From IMG/VR virus record IMGVR_UViG_3300023488_000162: a stretch of DNA of 64,000 bases. One strand, written 5' to 3'. This DNA comes from a virus. The notes beneath the pieces were generated by a model. It was not told the origin of the DNA. It searched no databases and saw nothing but the letters and a program-made list of their open reading frames with translations. A program made the position numbers and the translations under genes. Of the stretch, positions 1-9,094 are shown piece after piece. The first letter of the stretch is position 1; each line of letters starts with the position of its first letter.

Positions 1-825
1 TCATAGAATCTCCTCCATCTTCTCCGACCCGTATCGTGACACGCACACATTATATAAGAGCATCGCCCTGGTCATCAGCCCAACGCCACCGATACGAGGG
101 GTCACCATAATATCTTTCATGTCGTAAACTTCATCAGTGCAGTCTCCATGTTGCTTGCCATTCTCGTCATAGTTGATGCCAACGTCAATGCAGATGTCTG
201 TGTTGAATAGATCTATACGAGAAATAAAATTGCGTTTTCCAACCGCAGAGATGACAACATTTGCTAGTTTTGTAACGTAAGCAGTATTCTTCATGTAGCT
301 CCCTGTACTATTAACAGAGATCACATTACAGTGTCTCCCGATCAGCATATCGACCAACGGACGACCTACGATATCAGACTGACCACATACAAGTACATTC
401 TTGCCATCCAGATCGTAACCGATGGAGTCAAAAATCTTCATAACGCCAAGCGGAGTGCAAGGCTGAAATGGTGATGTAGAATTAAAGCCATCAATGTCAA
501 GTTCATCTGGAATACAAATATTTTTAGGATCGATATGTTTTGGCAACGGAAGCTGAACAATGATACCATCTACGTTTTCATAATTATAATCTTCCTGTAT
601 CTTATCATTCAACCCATCTTCAGTAATCTCTTCTGATAACTTGATAAGCTCCGCTTCGATTCCCACCTCTTCACAGTCACGTAATTTACCTTTAATATAA
701 GCGTTGGATGCAGGGTTGTCCCCTACTTGATAAATATGTAAAATAGGAGCATAGTCATCTTCTGCGATAATATTCTTGATTTTATCTTTGATATCTTGTG
801 CGATAGATTTGCAATCAATAATCAT
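1..825 (-). CDS. folD: Bifunctional methylenetetrahydrofolate dehydrogenase/cyclohydrolase (FolD)
   Basis: 274 aa with the FolD-type GGVGLMT Rossmann-end motif and a length typical of FolD. The stop codon lies at positions 1-3. Confidence 0.8.
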   Translation of the reverse strand: MIIDCKSIAQDIKDKIKNIIAEDDYAPILHIYQVGDNPASNAYIKGKLRDCEEVGIEAELIKLSEEITEDGLNDKIQEDYNYENVDGIIVQLPLPKHIDPKNICIPDELDIDGFNSTSPFQPCTPLGVMKIFDSIGYDLDGKNVLVCGQSDIVGRPLVDMLIGRHCNVISVNSTGSYMKNTAYVTKLANVVISAVGKRNFISRIDLFNTDICIDVGINYDENGKQHGDCTDEVYDMKDIMVTPRIGGVGLMTRAMLLYNVCVSRYGSEKMEEIL

Positions 826-836
826 TGTGAACCTCC

Positions 837-1769
837 TTACAACATCATACCGGCAATGGCATGAACGACTCGCTCAAACATTTCGTGATTAAAAACATAG
901 TCGCCCAGATCACGCACAAAAGAGATGATATTATTTTCACGGCCTTCGATTTTGAAGTGCTTAAATCCCTGTGAAACCAGCATTTTGATTTCATCTTCAT
1001 TCATAGATGTACCAAGAAGAGGATTGCTGTTTCGAGTAGAGCCGCAATAGTTATATACTGTCACTAACTGATTTTGTAGCTCCGTAATATCATCGCCCTT
1101 GGCAATAGCCTGACCCAGCTTTGTGTTCAGCTGATAGTGACGGCCAGCCATGGGACAGTTCGGTAGACACCGGTGATTGACGATGAATTCTACTCGATCA
1201 TGGTCATGCAAATTCTTAATAAACTGCTCATCATGGATCTTAAATGGATTCACAACAACAATATCAAAACGGTCAAGCAGACGGTTATAATATTCAGCAG
1301 AATCATTCCCAAGACCGACTTCGACAGACGGTTTTACTTGCGAAGAAATCAGCTCAAGATTGGGATACATGTAGCGAATATAATCAGCAAGTAAATCGGA
1401 CATAACAATAACGCCGTTACGGTTTATAAGACCATTCTGATTATTATGATCGAGGTGCCGCAACATAATATTTGAAGTTTCATCAACGAGATCGCCGCGT
1501 GTAACAAACGGACTTGAGAATGTCAGGCGAACTCCAAGACCAAGTTCATTATACTTATCTGCTCTGGATAAGACTTCTGACACAGGAAGATTTTGCTGAG
1601 GGATACGACCACCCTGCAAGACTGTGGAAATGCTGCCAAACACATATCTGATGCCATTTTTCTCACAAGCCATTTTACAAGCTTTGTCAATATCAAACAT
1701 CATTTCATCATGGCCGCAAAACGCGCCGATATTCCAATCGATTTCACCGCCGTAATCTTTTACAAGCAT
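837..1769 (-). CDS. Hypothetical protein with Cys-containing motif (HRCLPNCPMAGRHY), possibly a TIM-barrel enzyme
   Basis: 310-aa ORF tightly packed between folD and downstream genes. No confident family assignment. Confidence 0.4.
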   Translation of the reverse strand: MLVKDYGGEIDWNIGAFCGHDEMMFDIDKACKMACEKNGIRYVFGSISTVLQGGRIPQQNLPVSEVLSRADKYNELGLGVRLTFSSPFVTRGDLVDETSNIMLRHLDHNNQNGLINRNGVIVMSDLLADYIRYMYPNLELISSQVKPSVEVGLGNDSAEYYNRLLDRFDIVVVNPFKIHDEQFIKNLHDHDRVEFIVNHRCLPNCPMAGRHYQLNTKLGQAIAKGDDITELQNQLVTVYNYCGSTRNSNPLLGTSMNEDEIKMLVSQGFKHFKIEGRENNIISFVRDLGDYVFNHEMFERVVHAIAGMML

Positions 1770-2004
1770 CGAACTCTCCTTTCTTTAAAATCCAAGTTCT
1801 TTCATCGATGTTCTCCTTTATATTCGCTGCTACTATACAGAATATTTCGTAGCTGATTGATAAAATCATTCACAACGCATTCACTGCAATCTAAATTAGC
1901 CGTACACATGCCACAGCTATCAGTATAATGGTGCAGTAGATCTTCGATTGATCTTTTGTAATATTCTGTTTGGTCTTTATAAAACCCTAATTCTTCCATA
2001 AAAA

Positions 2005-2424
2005 TCACCTCGTTACTGTACTAACTCCATTATTTTTAATCTGTCCTTTTTGAACATGAATTATTACAGAATCAGCATTAACAGTATTGGTTGACTTATA
2101 TTCGATATATGGAGCGTTGCTATCATATACAATTTTTACATGTCCTTTGATATTCATATAAGTGCCATTACAAAGAACCGTAAGCATCTCATAATTTTCT
2201 GCTGGGACATTAGATACCATAGCAGATGTATATCCGTAGATGCCAGATTCCAGTTCTTCAATAGTGGCAGTCCACTCAATCGGATTATAATGACGATAGA
2301 TACTGTCGCCAATTACCCATACAAAATATCCAATGAAGAGAGTTGCGAATATAACAATGATTGATAACAAGATTTTCTCGCCAAGAGAAAGCTTTATATC
2401 TTTACCATCCAAGTTCAACACCAC
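2005..2424 (-). CDS. Small membrane protein (single N-terminal TM helix)
   Basis: Hydrophobic stretch ILLSIIVIFATLFIGYFVWVI near the N-terminus. Confidence 0.4.
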   Translation of the reverse strand: MVLNLDGKDIKLSLGEKILLSIIVIFATLFIGYFVWVIGDSIYRHYNPIEWTATIEELESGIYGYTSAMVSNVPAENYEMLTVLCNGTYMNIKGHVKIVYDSNAPYIEYKSTNTVNADSVIIHVQKGQIKNNGVSTVTR

Positions 2425-2893
2425 TTTCGTTTACAATATAGATGCCGTTGTCTTTCAAATACTCAATAAACTCTTCATGTGGTAATTTATGGGCGAGCTC
2501 ACAAATAGTGTAGTTACTTCTGCCTTTCACCCACTTTGTTTCTTTTCTCAAGTTAGACCACTGATGTACACGAAATTCCTTACAACGCCATTTTAAATGA
2601 AAGGTATCCGCACATGAATCGCAAATTGGTATCTCTACATAAAAGTCACCCGGATAGCGTTTTCGTCTCCACCACTCCATATCATAGAATACAATACCAT
2701 AGAGTTCAGGATAATCTTCAAATCCATGTTCTCTAAGGTAAGCAAAACCCAGTCCGTTGATTGTCCATTCTGGCGACCTTGGAACTGTATATCGAAGCTG
2801 CGATTCTGTATGCGAGATACAGGCATTGTTATATTTTCCATCAATGCCCATAATGTACCAGTCGGATTTATAATAGCCTATTTGTTTAGTCAC
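2402..2893 (-). CDS. Hypothetical protein
   Basis: 163-aa ORF in the same orientation as its neighbours and tightly packed against them. Confidence 0.35.
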   Translation of the reverse strand: MTKQIGYYKSDWYIMGIDGKYNNACISHTESQLRYTVPRSPEWTINGLGFAYLREHGFEDYPELYGIVFYDMEWWRRKRYPGDFYVEIPICDSCADTFHLKWRCKEFRVHQWSNLRKETKWVKGRSNYTICELAHKLPHEEFIEYLKDNGIYIVNESGVELGW

Positions 2894-3347
2894 AACTAAT
2901 CACCTCCCACGTATCATCACCCAACGGCCACGTGCATCCATAAAATGTTCCCAAATTTTCGATTTTAAAATAGTACCATTTTTTCGTCACGTAGTCATAA
3001 ATACTGTAGCAAGTGCAACGGCCATCCGGCCAATGGTTCTTTTTAATGGCTTCAATATCAAGTTCTAAAAATCGTTTGATCTCGGATAATTTATATGAAG
3101 CAAAAATATAATCCCATGGGCCACGCCAATGGATAAACCACATGTGCTCTACGAAGTTCGGCCATTCTACAGAAAATCGTTCAACTGGTTTACTTCTGCT
3201 AAAATTCTTATATTGAAGAAAATAGTTGCTGATACCGTGTACACCAGTCCAATAATGGTCTTTAGTGCAGATGAAATGAGAATAGCTTTCCCATTCTGGA
3301 TTTTGTATTTCCCAGTGATTCTTTTCGATTGAAAATCTATCGTCCAT
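2886..3347 (-). CDS. Hypothetical protein (Trp-rich)
   Basis: 153-aa ORF overlapping the downstream gene by 8 nt. Confidence 0.35.
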   Translation of the reverse strand: MDDRFSIEKNHWEIQNPEWESYSHFICTKDHYWTGVHGISNYFLQYKNFSRSKPVERFSVEWPNFVEHMWFIHWRGPWDYIFASYKLSEIKRFLELDIEAIKKNHWPDGRCTCYSIYDYVTKKWYYFKIENLGTFYGCTWPLGDDTWEVISCD

Positions 3348-3382
3348 TCAATCTACCTCATAAAAGTCTAGTTCTTAATATA

Positions 3383-3727
3383 TTATTCTTCTTTGCGAGC
3401 CACCAATCGTTGTTCATATTCTTTGCTCGCGATTCGTTCTTGCTCATGCAATTCAAGTCCTTTCAACCAGTAAGATGGGCATTCGTAAATTTTTTTAAGT
3501 GTGTTTGCATCGCAAAAGTGTTCTTGATCTCTCTTATTGTAATCGTAATATCCAATAAACGACAGACCGCAATCGCTTATTACAACATTGTCTTTTAAAG
3601 GGATCGGACGTTCATCACAGACCTTGACCCAACCTAGGAAGTCTTCGCAAGATTCTGTGCAACTATCTCTTGTTTGCTTTCTATAAGCGCATACTTCTTT
3701 ATGTAGACATTTACTGCAAATAGCCAT
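3383..3727 (-). CDS. Hypothetical Cys-rich protein
   Basis: ORF 3383..3883 with the start moved to the internal Met (MAICSKCLHKEVCAY) to remove overlap with the upstream gene. Confidence 0.3.
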   Translation of the reverse strand: MAICSKCLHKEVCAYRKQTRDSCTESCEDFLGWVKVCDERPIPLKDNVVISDCGLSFIGYYDYNKRDQEHFCDANTLKKIYECPSYWLKGLELHEQERIASKEYEQRLVARKEE

Positions 3728-4121
3728 TTTTTCTCGCTTTCCAGCAGAAATTCTCTGCCCAATCATAAAATAGTTTTGGAATGTCTCGTATACGAGAAAC
3801 AACTTCCTGAAGTAAGGTGTCACTAGACTTATCTTCATGAGGTTCTTTATAAATACATTCCCATTTATACTCCCAGAGTTCAACTGTATTATCGTCTTGT
3901 GTGCTAATCTTCACTAAAATAGAATGAAGCTTGTCGTTTATACTTACGGAAGCATGACAATTTTCTTGTTTGAGAGGCCACTCATTTATTTTTGCAAATA
4001 AGTCAAATGCCCTATCGATCGCCATTTCAAATAGTGGTTGCTCGTCAGAGCACATACATATTCGTTCTATATCCCCATCATGCAGAAGATTTAGTTCCCA
4101 AACTTCCATTACGTTCACCAC
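3711..4121 (-). CDS. Hypothetical protein
   Basis: 136-aa ORF. Confidence 0.35.
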   Translation of the reverse strand: MVNVMEVWELNLLHDGDIERICMCSDEQPLFEMAIDRAFDLFAKINEWPLKQENCHASVSINDKLHSILVKISTQDDNTVELWEYKWECIYKEPHEDKSSDTLLQEVVSRIRDIPKLFYDWAENFCWKARKNGYLQ

Positions 4122-4138
4122 ACTTTAAAACATACATT

Positions 4139-4369
4139 TCAATCATCAAAAATCTTTTCTCTCGGCACAGGACTTTCTCTACTTTGGACGAGTCGTTTAC
4201 ACTCCGGGCAATACGCATTCCAACAAAGATGTTGTGATACGATATCATTTCCCATGCAATAATCGAAAGCCTCTTTATCGTCTGCCCAGAACTCGCATCC
4301 ACAGCAGCATTTGAAGTGCAGAGCGAATCTTACAGACTTCTTTTTATGTTGAATAATTTTAATCGCCAT
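4139..4369 (-). CDS. Small zinc-ribbon protein, member 1 of a tandem triplet
   Basis: N-terminus MAIKIIQHKKK...FKCCCGCEFWADD and a second Cys pair CPECK. Paralogous to 4369..4701 and 4710..4943. Confidence 0.5.
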   Translation of the reverse strand: MAIKIIQHKKKSVRFALHFKCCCGCEFWADDKEAFDYCMGNDIVSQHLCWNAYCPECKRLVQSRESPVPREKIFDD

Positions 4370-4701
4370 TATTCTTCTCCTTCGCTCAGGCTCTTCAAGA
4401 TTTTTTGAATCCTATAATACCTACCGAGTGGTGTCTCAAAAATAGCTCTTAGCCACTCAAAAAATGTTGGTTTACCGAATACCTCATTGTAATCTGCAAT
4501 ATCGATTTGTTTAGCGGTTTTTCCACATTCAGGGCAAGCGTATCGCAACTCGAAATTAGCAGCTGTGGTATAATAGTCTTTGTAGATTGAATCAAATGTG
4601 TCGTCGGCATAAAAATCACAATGACAATAAGGACATTTAAACTCGATAGCAAATTTCTGAGGTTCTGGCTCATGGCCGTGTTTGACAATCTTAGTCGCCA
4701 T
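4369..4701 (-). CDS. Small zinc-ribbon protein, member 2 of a tandem triplet
   Basis: N-terminus MATKIVKHGHEP...FKCPYCHCDFYADD, then CPECG. Confidence 0.5.
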   Translation of the reverse strand: MATKIVKHGHEPEPQKFAIEFKCPYCHCDFYADDTFDSIYKDYYTTAANFELRYACPECGKTAKQIDIADYNEVFGKPTFFEWLRAIFETPLGRYYRIQKILKSLSEGEE

Positions 4702-4709
4702 ATTTCACC

Positions 4710-4943
4710 TCAATCTACAAAAATCTTTTCTCTTGGAACTGCCGGGAAACAAGATGAAACTTCTGTGTTGCATTCTGGGCAAATCGCCTGTTTGACCGGT
4801 GAGTATTCAGTCCAATCAAATTCTTTTGGGATTTTCGTATCTTCGTCATCAGCCCAAAATACGCATCCACATTTACAAAGGAATTTAACGGCATATCTTA
4901 TTTTCTTTCGCTCATGTTTGTGTTCAATAATCTTAATTGCCAT
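4710..4943 (-). CDS. Small zinc-ribbon protein, member 3 of a tandem triplet
   Basis: N-terminus MAIKIIEHKHERKK...FLCKCGCVFWADDED, then CPECN. Ends in PREKIF(V/D)D like member 1. Confidence 0.5.
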   Translation of the reverse strand: MAIKIIEHKHERKKIRYAVKFLCKCGCVFWADDEDTKIPKEFDWTEYSPVKQAICPECNTEVSSCFPAVPREKIFVD

Positions 4944-4953
4944 ACCATACTCC

Positions 4954-5307
4954 TTACTGAATACTCACACGACCATATACTGACCCATTCTTATCAGCCA
5001 GCAAACACTGCTCCAGATATTCTTGTTTTTTCATAAGTTCGTATTTGGCAGCGAAAATCATACTATTATATTCGGTTGCGGCTTCTTCATAAGTGTCTGC
5101 AAATCGATAATAATCAGGATTTGCCCCAACGCTAAAAGTCTTTGATCTCGTTTTGTTACTCAAGGTATGAAACTTAGAATAGCAACTTCTTTCTTCAAAA
5201 GTACCAAAGACAGGCTCACATTTGATGCCAGCCTTTGTATCGTCAAATCTAAATCCAGTACACCATAGAAGGGTATCTTCTGGGACTGTTTTAATGTCGT
5301 AAACCAT
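4954..5307 (-). CDS. Hypothetical protein
   Basis: 117-aa ORF. Confidence 0.35.
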   Translation of the reverse strand: MVYDIKTVPEDTLLWCTGFRFDDTKAGIKCEPVFGTFEERSCYSKFHTLSNKTRSKTFSVGANPDYYRFADTYEEAATEYNSMIFAAKYELMKKQEYLEQCLLADKNGSVYGRVSIQ

Positions 5308-5317
5308 ATTTTATTCC

Positions 5318-5599
5318 TCAAATATTATTCGCTGCAAACACAAACGACCTATTAAAAATATCTTGGAGATTTCTTTCTTGAATCATATTCTCTTCGGATA
5401 GAGCAACCTTGATAACTTCATCGTCAGTATGCGTCTCGTCATATTCTGCCGTGTCGCAAATCTTATACAGTTTGCCGTCTTTATTTTGAAATAGAGTTCC
5501 TTTACCAAGTTTTAATGGAGTTGTTTTCTCTTCTTCTCGAATATGTGCTTTCATACTATCACCTACAATATGCGTGTAAAAAGGCAGATTCTCTTGCAA
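5318..5599 (-). CDS. Hypothetical protein
   Basis: 93-aa ORF. Confidence 0.3.
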   Translation of the reverse strand: MQENLPFYTHIVGDSMKAHIREEEKTTPLKLGKGTLFQNKDGKLYKICDTAEYDETHTDDEVIKVALSEENMIQERNLQDIFNRSFVFAANNI

Positions 5600-5852
5600 G
5601 CAATCTCATTCTAATTCCACAAGTGCATTTGCACTCAGGACATTGTATTTCTGCCGGACGTCCTGTATTATCATAATTTTTTACCGTTTCGCTAACAGGT
5701 CGTGCCGGTAAAGGCCATACATGAAATTCAGATCTTTTAGCTTCAAATATACACCCGCAAGAGTCACAAGTTACTTTATATAGTTTTTCAGAATCTTTTG
5801 CCCGATGCATTCCATGCTTTATAACATTCATATATTTATTCCTCCCACCCAC
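5559..5852 (-). CDS. Hypothetical zinc-ribbon protein
   Basis: Cys pairs CDSCGC and CPECKCTCG. Confidence 0.3.
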   Translation of the reverse strand: MGGRNKYMNVIKHGMHRAKDSEKLYKVTCDSCGCIFEAKRSEFHVWPLPARPVSETVKNYDNTGRPAEIQCPECKCTCGIRMRLLARESAFLHAYCR

Positions 5853-5872
5853 CCGTTAAACTCAATTAACAA

Positions 5873-6367
5873 TTACGAATGGTCCCAAGTCGAACCATAG
5901 TCAAATTCATCCAGAATTACCGTGAGGTCATATCGACCACGACCAATTTCATAAAAACCACTAAAGCCCTTTGCATCTTCTTTGAGCTTTGCAATATCTT
6001 CATCGTAATGATTCAGAGCACGCTGCCATGCACGATAATCTTTTTCGAGTTCTGTTTCTAAATATCTTTCGTGAAGCCGTTCAAGCCACTCTTCTTTAAT
6101 ATCTGGAGCTGGGTAGATCACAAAAACATATTCGTAATCACTCTTCAAAAGCTGTCTACGAACTGCATCATGTGAAGATACGAACACAACATGTCCCTGT
6201 CTCGATAAATCAATAGCAACGTTGCAATACGATTTTACCCAATTATCATCCTTTACAAAATTACTACTTTCAAGGTCGATTGCACGATACGGATGACCAA
6301 CTGCGTATGTACTTTTACCAATACATGGATATCCAATAACAATCATAAAAACCTCCGTAAAATTCAC
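5873..6367 (-). CDS. P-loop nucleotide/nucleoside kinase-like protein
   Basis: Walker A GYPCIGKST within 15 residues of the N-terminus. At 164 aa it is the size of dNMP/NMP kinases. Confidence 0.5.
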   Translation of the reverse strand: MNFTEVFMIVIGYPCIGKSTYAVGHPYRAIDLESSNFVKDDNWVKSYCNVAIDLSRQGHVVFVSSHDAVRRQLLKSDYEYVFVIYPAPDIKEEWLERLHERYLETELEKDYRAWQRALNHYDEDIAKLKEDAKGFSGFYEIGRGRYDLTVILDEFDYGSTWDHS

Positions 6368-6370
6368 CTT

Positions 6371-6676
6371 TTACTTGATACCGTACTTAGCTTTGATCTT
6401 CTTCAGAGTCTCACTCTTATTGTGATAGTCATCGCGAGCTGCCTGATAAGCGGCCATCTTCTCTGCCAGAACACGCTTTGCTTCGGCTTCTGCGACATCA
6501 GCATCTGCCAGCTCCTTATTCAAAACAAAGCCGCTCGCCTTGATACCATCAATAAAACCATCCATGCGATCCTTCTTGACGCTTTTCTCGCCAATTGCAC
6601 CAGTATCAGTGTTGAACATCTTTACAATAGAATCCTCGACACCGGCAATATTGTAAACATAAAAATACTTAGCCAT
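6371..6676 (-). CDS. Hypothetical protein, tandem paralog A (C-terminus KAKYGIK)
   Basis: N-terminus MAKYFYVY, internal GFIDGIKASGFV, C-terminus KYGIK. Shares these features with the next gene. Confidence 0.4.
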   Translation of the reverse strand: MAKYFYVYNIAGVEDSIVKMFNTDTGAIGEKSVKKDRMDGFIDGIKASGFVLNKELADADVAEAEAKRVLAEKMAAYQAARDDYHNKSETLKKIKAKYGIK

Positions 6677-6693
6677 AATTATTTCTCCTTTGC

Positions 6694-6984
6694 TTAGTCT
6701 TTAATACCGTATTTAGACTTTACATTATTGAATTCATCAAGAGCATCACAATATTTTTCTTTGGCATGGAAATATATGGTATAGGCATCCTCTTTATTTT
6801 TCTGACAGGTGAGTAATTTTGTATGCGCATCAAAAAGATCCGCGCCAGCCTTTACAAAACCAACTTGTTCAAGTCCATCGCAAAATCCTTGTGCATAGTC
6901 TCCACCACCAATAGAGAATGCAACAACCTCATTGTTTTCATCAACAATAAGAACCCGACAACTATTACAATAATAATATTTCAT
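6694..6984 (-). CDS. Hypothetical protein, tandem paralog B (C-terminus KSKYGIKD)
   Basis: ORF 6694..7110 trimmed to the internal Met (MKYYYCNSC) so it no longer overlaps dut. Contains GFCDGLEQVGFVKAG and a KYGIK C-terminus. Confidence 0.35.
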   Translation of the reverse strand: MKYYYCNSCRVLIVDENNEVVAFSIGGGDYAQGFCDGLEQVGFVKAGADLFDAHTKLLTCQKNKEDAYTIYFHAKEKYCDALDEFNNVKSKYGIKD

Positions 6985-6991
6985 AGTGTCC

Positions 6992-7522
6992 TCACTTTCC
7001 AGAGCTCCCAAAACCACCAGCTCCACGCTCAGTTTCGTCCAATTCGGAAACTTCTTTAAAATCAGCCTGCCAGAATGGAATAACTGCCATCTGAGCAATG
7101 CGGTCGCCATGAGTGATTATCTGAGGAATATTGGAATAGTTGTGGAGAGGAATAATGATCTCTCCACGATAGTCCTGGTCGATGATTGGCACGGCGTTCA
7201 CAGGTGCAAGACCATGCTTAGTGGAAAGACCGCTGCGAGCGAACCCTTGAATGTACCAACCTTCCGGCGGAGCCATCCGTAAACCAGTATGTACCTTAAC
7301 GGTCTCATGCGGCTGAATCATAATGCAACGATCAGCATTCTTGTTTACCATCGTTGCGTCATCAAAATCGATATAAGCGTACAGGTCTGCACAAGCAGCA
7401 TTTGCAGAACCATAAGTCGGCAGATGAGCGTCATCGTGCAATTTGTTGATTTTAATGTTGGGGCGATACGGCATCCGACTCATGCCATAGCCAAGATTAG
7501 TAGTTGTGTTTCCTAAATCCAT
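6992..7522 (-). CDS. dut: dUTP diphosphatase (dUTPase)
   Basis: dUTPase motifs ARSGLSTKHG, IIDQDYRGEI and RGAGGFGSSG. Start set at the MDLGNTT Met, which is preceded by AAGGAGAA. Confidence 0.85.
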   Translation of the reverse strand: MDLGNTTTNLGYGMSRMPYRPNIKINKLHDDAHLPTYGSANAACADLYAYIDFDDATMVNKNADRCIMIQPHETVKVHTGLRMAPPEGWYIQGFARSGLSTKHGLAPVNAVPIIDQDYRGEIIIPLHNYSNIPQIITHGDRIAQMAVIPFWQADFKEVSELDETERGAGGFGSSGK

Positions 7523-7536
7523 AATTTTATTCTCCT

Positions 7537-7731
7537 TTACTTCACCCAATTTTCTAGTTCTTTATATTTTATGTACATTTCGGTTTTCATATCGTTCGTT
7601 TTAATCCTAAGATTCTTTAGCTCTACCGCTAGATTGTTAATTTCTTTTCTTTGCATACGATTTACAATGCCATGCAAAATTTCAGAAACGGTTAAAAGGA
7701 TTATCGAGATGCCAGTAAAAATTTCATTCAT
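7537..7731 (-). CDS. Hypothetical small protein
   Basis: 64-aa ORF. Confidence 0.25.
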   Translation of the reverse strand: MNEIFTGISIILLTVSEILHGIVNRMQRKEINNLAVELKNLRIKTNDMKTEMYIKYKELENWVK

Positions 7732-7733
7732 TC

Positions 7734-8264
7734 TTATTCTCCTTTCTTATCTTCTGGAGTCCACCAAAGGGTTGGCTCTTTATACCAAAGACTCCATTTA
7801 ATATCAATTACTCGTTGGTTCTTGCTTCCCATGTATGGAAGTGAGATATCTTTTTCTGCTTCAATAAAAGGGCCATCTACAAGGACGTTAATGTCAGCAA
7901 GAATGTCAGCTACGAGCCCATCCTGATTCCATAACTCTTCCCACTTGTATCCAGTCCAAAGCCAGACGTCTTTTTTGCTTAGAAATTCAGTCCACACACG
8001 ATGAACGATTTTCTCAACAACTTCCCTATTCTCCGGCAAGAGCGGATCTCCACCAGTGAGCGTAAGCCCTTGAATATAATCAGGTCGAAGTAAATCTACA
8101 ATTTTATCAAGCGTTTCATCAGTGAATGGCTGACCACCATTCGGGTCCCATGTGGTAGGATTTTGACAACCTGGACAATGGTGATCACAACCCTGCACGA
8201 AAAGTGTGACACGCACCCCTTCACCATTTGCTATATCACATGGAACGATTTTAGCGTAGTTCAT
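7734..8264 (-). CDS. nrdG: Anaerobic ribonucleotide reductase activating protein (radical SAM)
   Basis: CDHHCPGC (CxxxCxxC) cluster near the N-terminus. Its size and its position next to nrdD fit NrdG. Start at MNYAKIVP, preceded by GAGGTTGG. Confidence 0.75.
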   Translation of the reverse strand: MNYAKIVPCDIANGEGVRVTLFVQGCDHHCPGCQNPTTWDPNGGQPFTDETLDKIVDLLRPDYIQGLTLTGGDPLLPENREVVEKIVHRVWTEFLSKKDVWLWTGYKWEELWNQDGLVADILADINVLVDGPFIEAEKDISLPYMGSKNQRVIDIKWSLWYKEPTLWWTPEDKKGE

Positions 8265-8539
8265 TTTCCAACCTCGATTAAAAGACCGCAGAACGGGCAA
8301 CAATTATAGCCAAGGCTTTCTGGCGACTCTTGCCCTTTAATTCCGCCACCACAACAATCACACACCCATGCCGAGCTCTCACAATTATCTACGAACTCAA
8401 ATACAGTTGTTGGCTGGCGATCTACTTGAAAATCAATAACTCGTTCAACATCTTTTAGAGTTTTGATATGTCCAAGATTTCCTTCCAGCAAAAGACAATC
8501 TTTTAATCTATCAGCATTAACCAGTTTTATGTAGTTCAT
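8261..8539 (-). CDS. Hypothetical Cys-rich protein (CDCCGGG...CCPFCG)
   Basis: 92-aa ORF ending at the nrdG start codon. Confidence 0.3.
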   Translation of the reverse strand: MNYIKLVNADRLKDCLLLEGNLGHIKTLKDVERVIDFQVDRQPTTVFEFVDNCESSAWVCDCCGGGIKGQESPESLGYNCCPFCGLLIEVGK

Positions 8540-8740
8540 TTAAAACACCACCGTCCACATACTTGCACAAACGATAATAAAAACATTTAGCGCGACGCAT
8601 CCATACATTCCATTCTTCTTATCGCCTCTAAAAATATATGTAGAGGTATCATACAGAATCTGCTCGGAGCGAATTACCGCTGCGGAGAAAATCAAAATGA
8701 TATAAGCTTTGGTCATGAGCCAAGCAATCTCAGTCAACAT
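8540..8740 (-). CDS. Small membrane protein
   Basis: 66 aa, two hydrophobic segments. Confidence 0.3.
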   Translation of the reverse strand: MLTEIAWLMTKAYIILIFSAAVIRSEQILYDTSTYIFRGDKKNGMYGCVALNVFIIVCASMWTVVF

Positions 8741-9038
8741 CGATTAACACCTCCTCGACAGGAATAATCTGACCATCAACGTAATAGCACATCTGACCGT
8801 GCTCATTATAATAAGGAGACATATAGCCGTAGCCTTGATTTCCGAAGTATTTACTGAATAAGTAATACATAACGTGCGTATCTTTGTCATACACCATAGG
8901 GGTGTCACTAATACGATAGAACCAATTATTCTCTGCAGCCACATTCTCAACTGAGTCTTTCACACTTGTACTGCATCCAGTTAGCATAATCGCTGCTAAA
9001 AGTACGCATACGGCAGTATTTTTGAAAATCTTAAACAT
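8730..9038 (-). CDS. Putative lipoprotein
   Basis: Signal peptide followed by a lipobox: MFKIFKNTAVCVLLAAIMLTGCS. Confidence 0.5.
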   Translation of the reverse strand: MFKIFKNTAVCVLLAAIMLTGCSTSVKDSVENVAAENNWFYRISDTPMVYDKDTHVMYYLFSKYFGNQGYGYMSPYYNEHGQMCYYVDGQIIPVEEVLIDVD

Positions 9039-9094
9039 ACTTTTCCTTTCTAATAAAAGCGGAATTTTAGAAAGCGCATCCGGTTTTGTGTTCT

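Noticed and set aside
6992-7549. Track start codons (first Met) for dut, nrdD, SPFH, nrdG, int and the PemK-like gene
   Set aside because: In each case an internal Met sits 6-10 nt downstream of a strong AGGAG-type RBS, and the longer N-terminus would include that RBS. Starts were moved to the internal Met.
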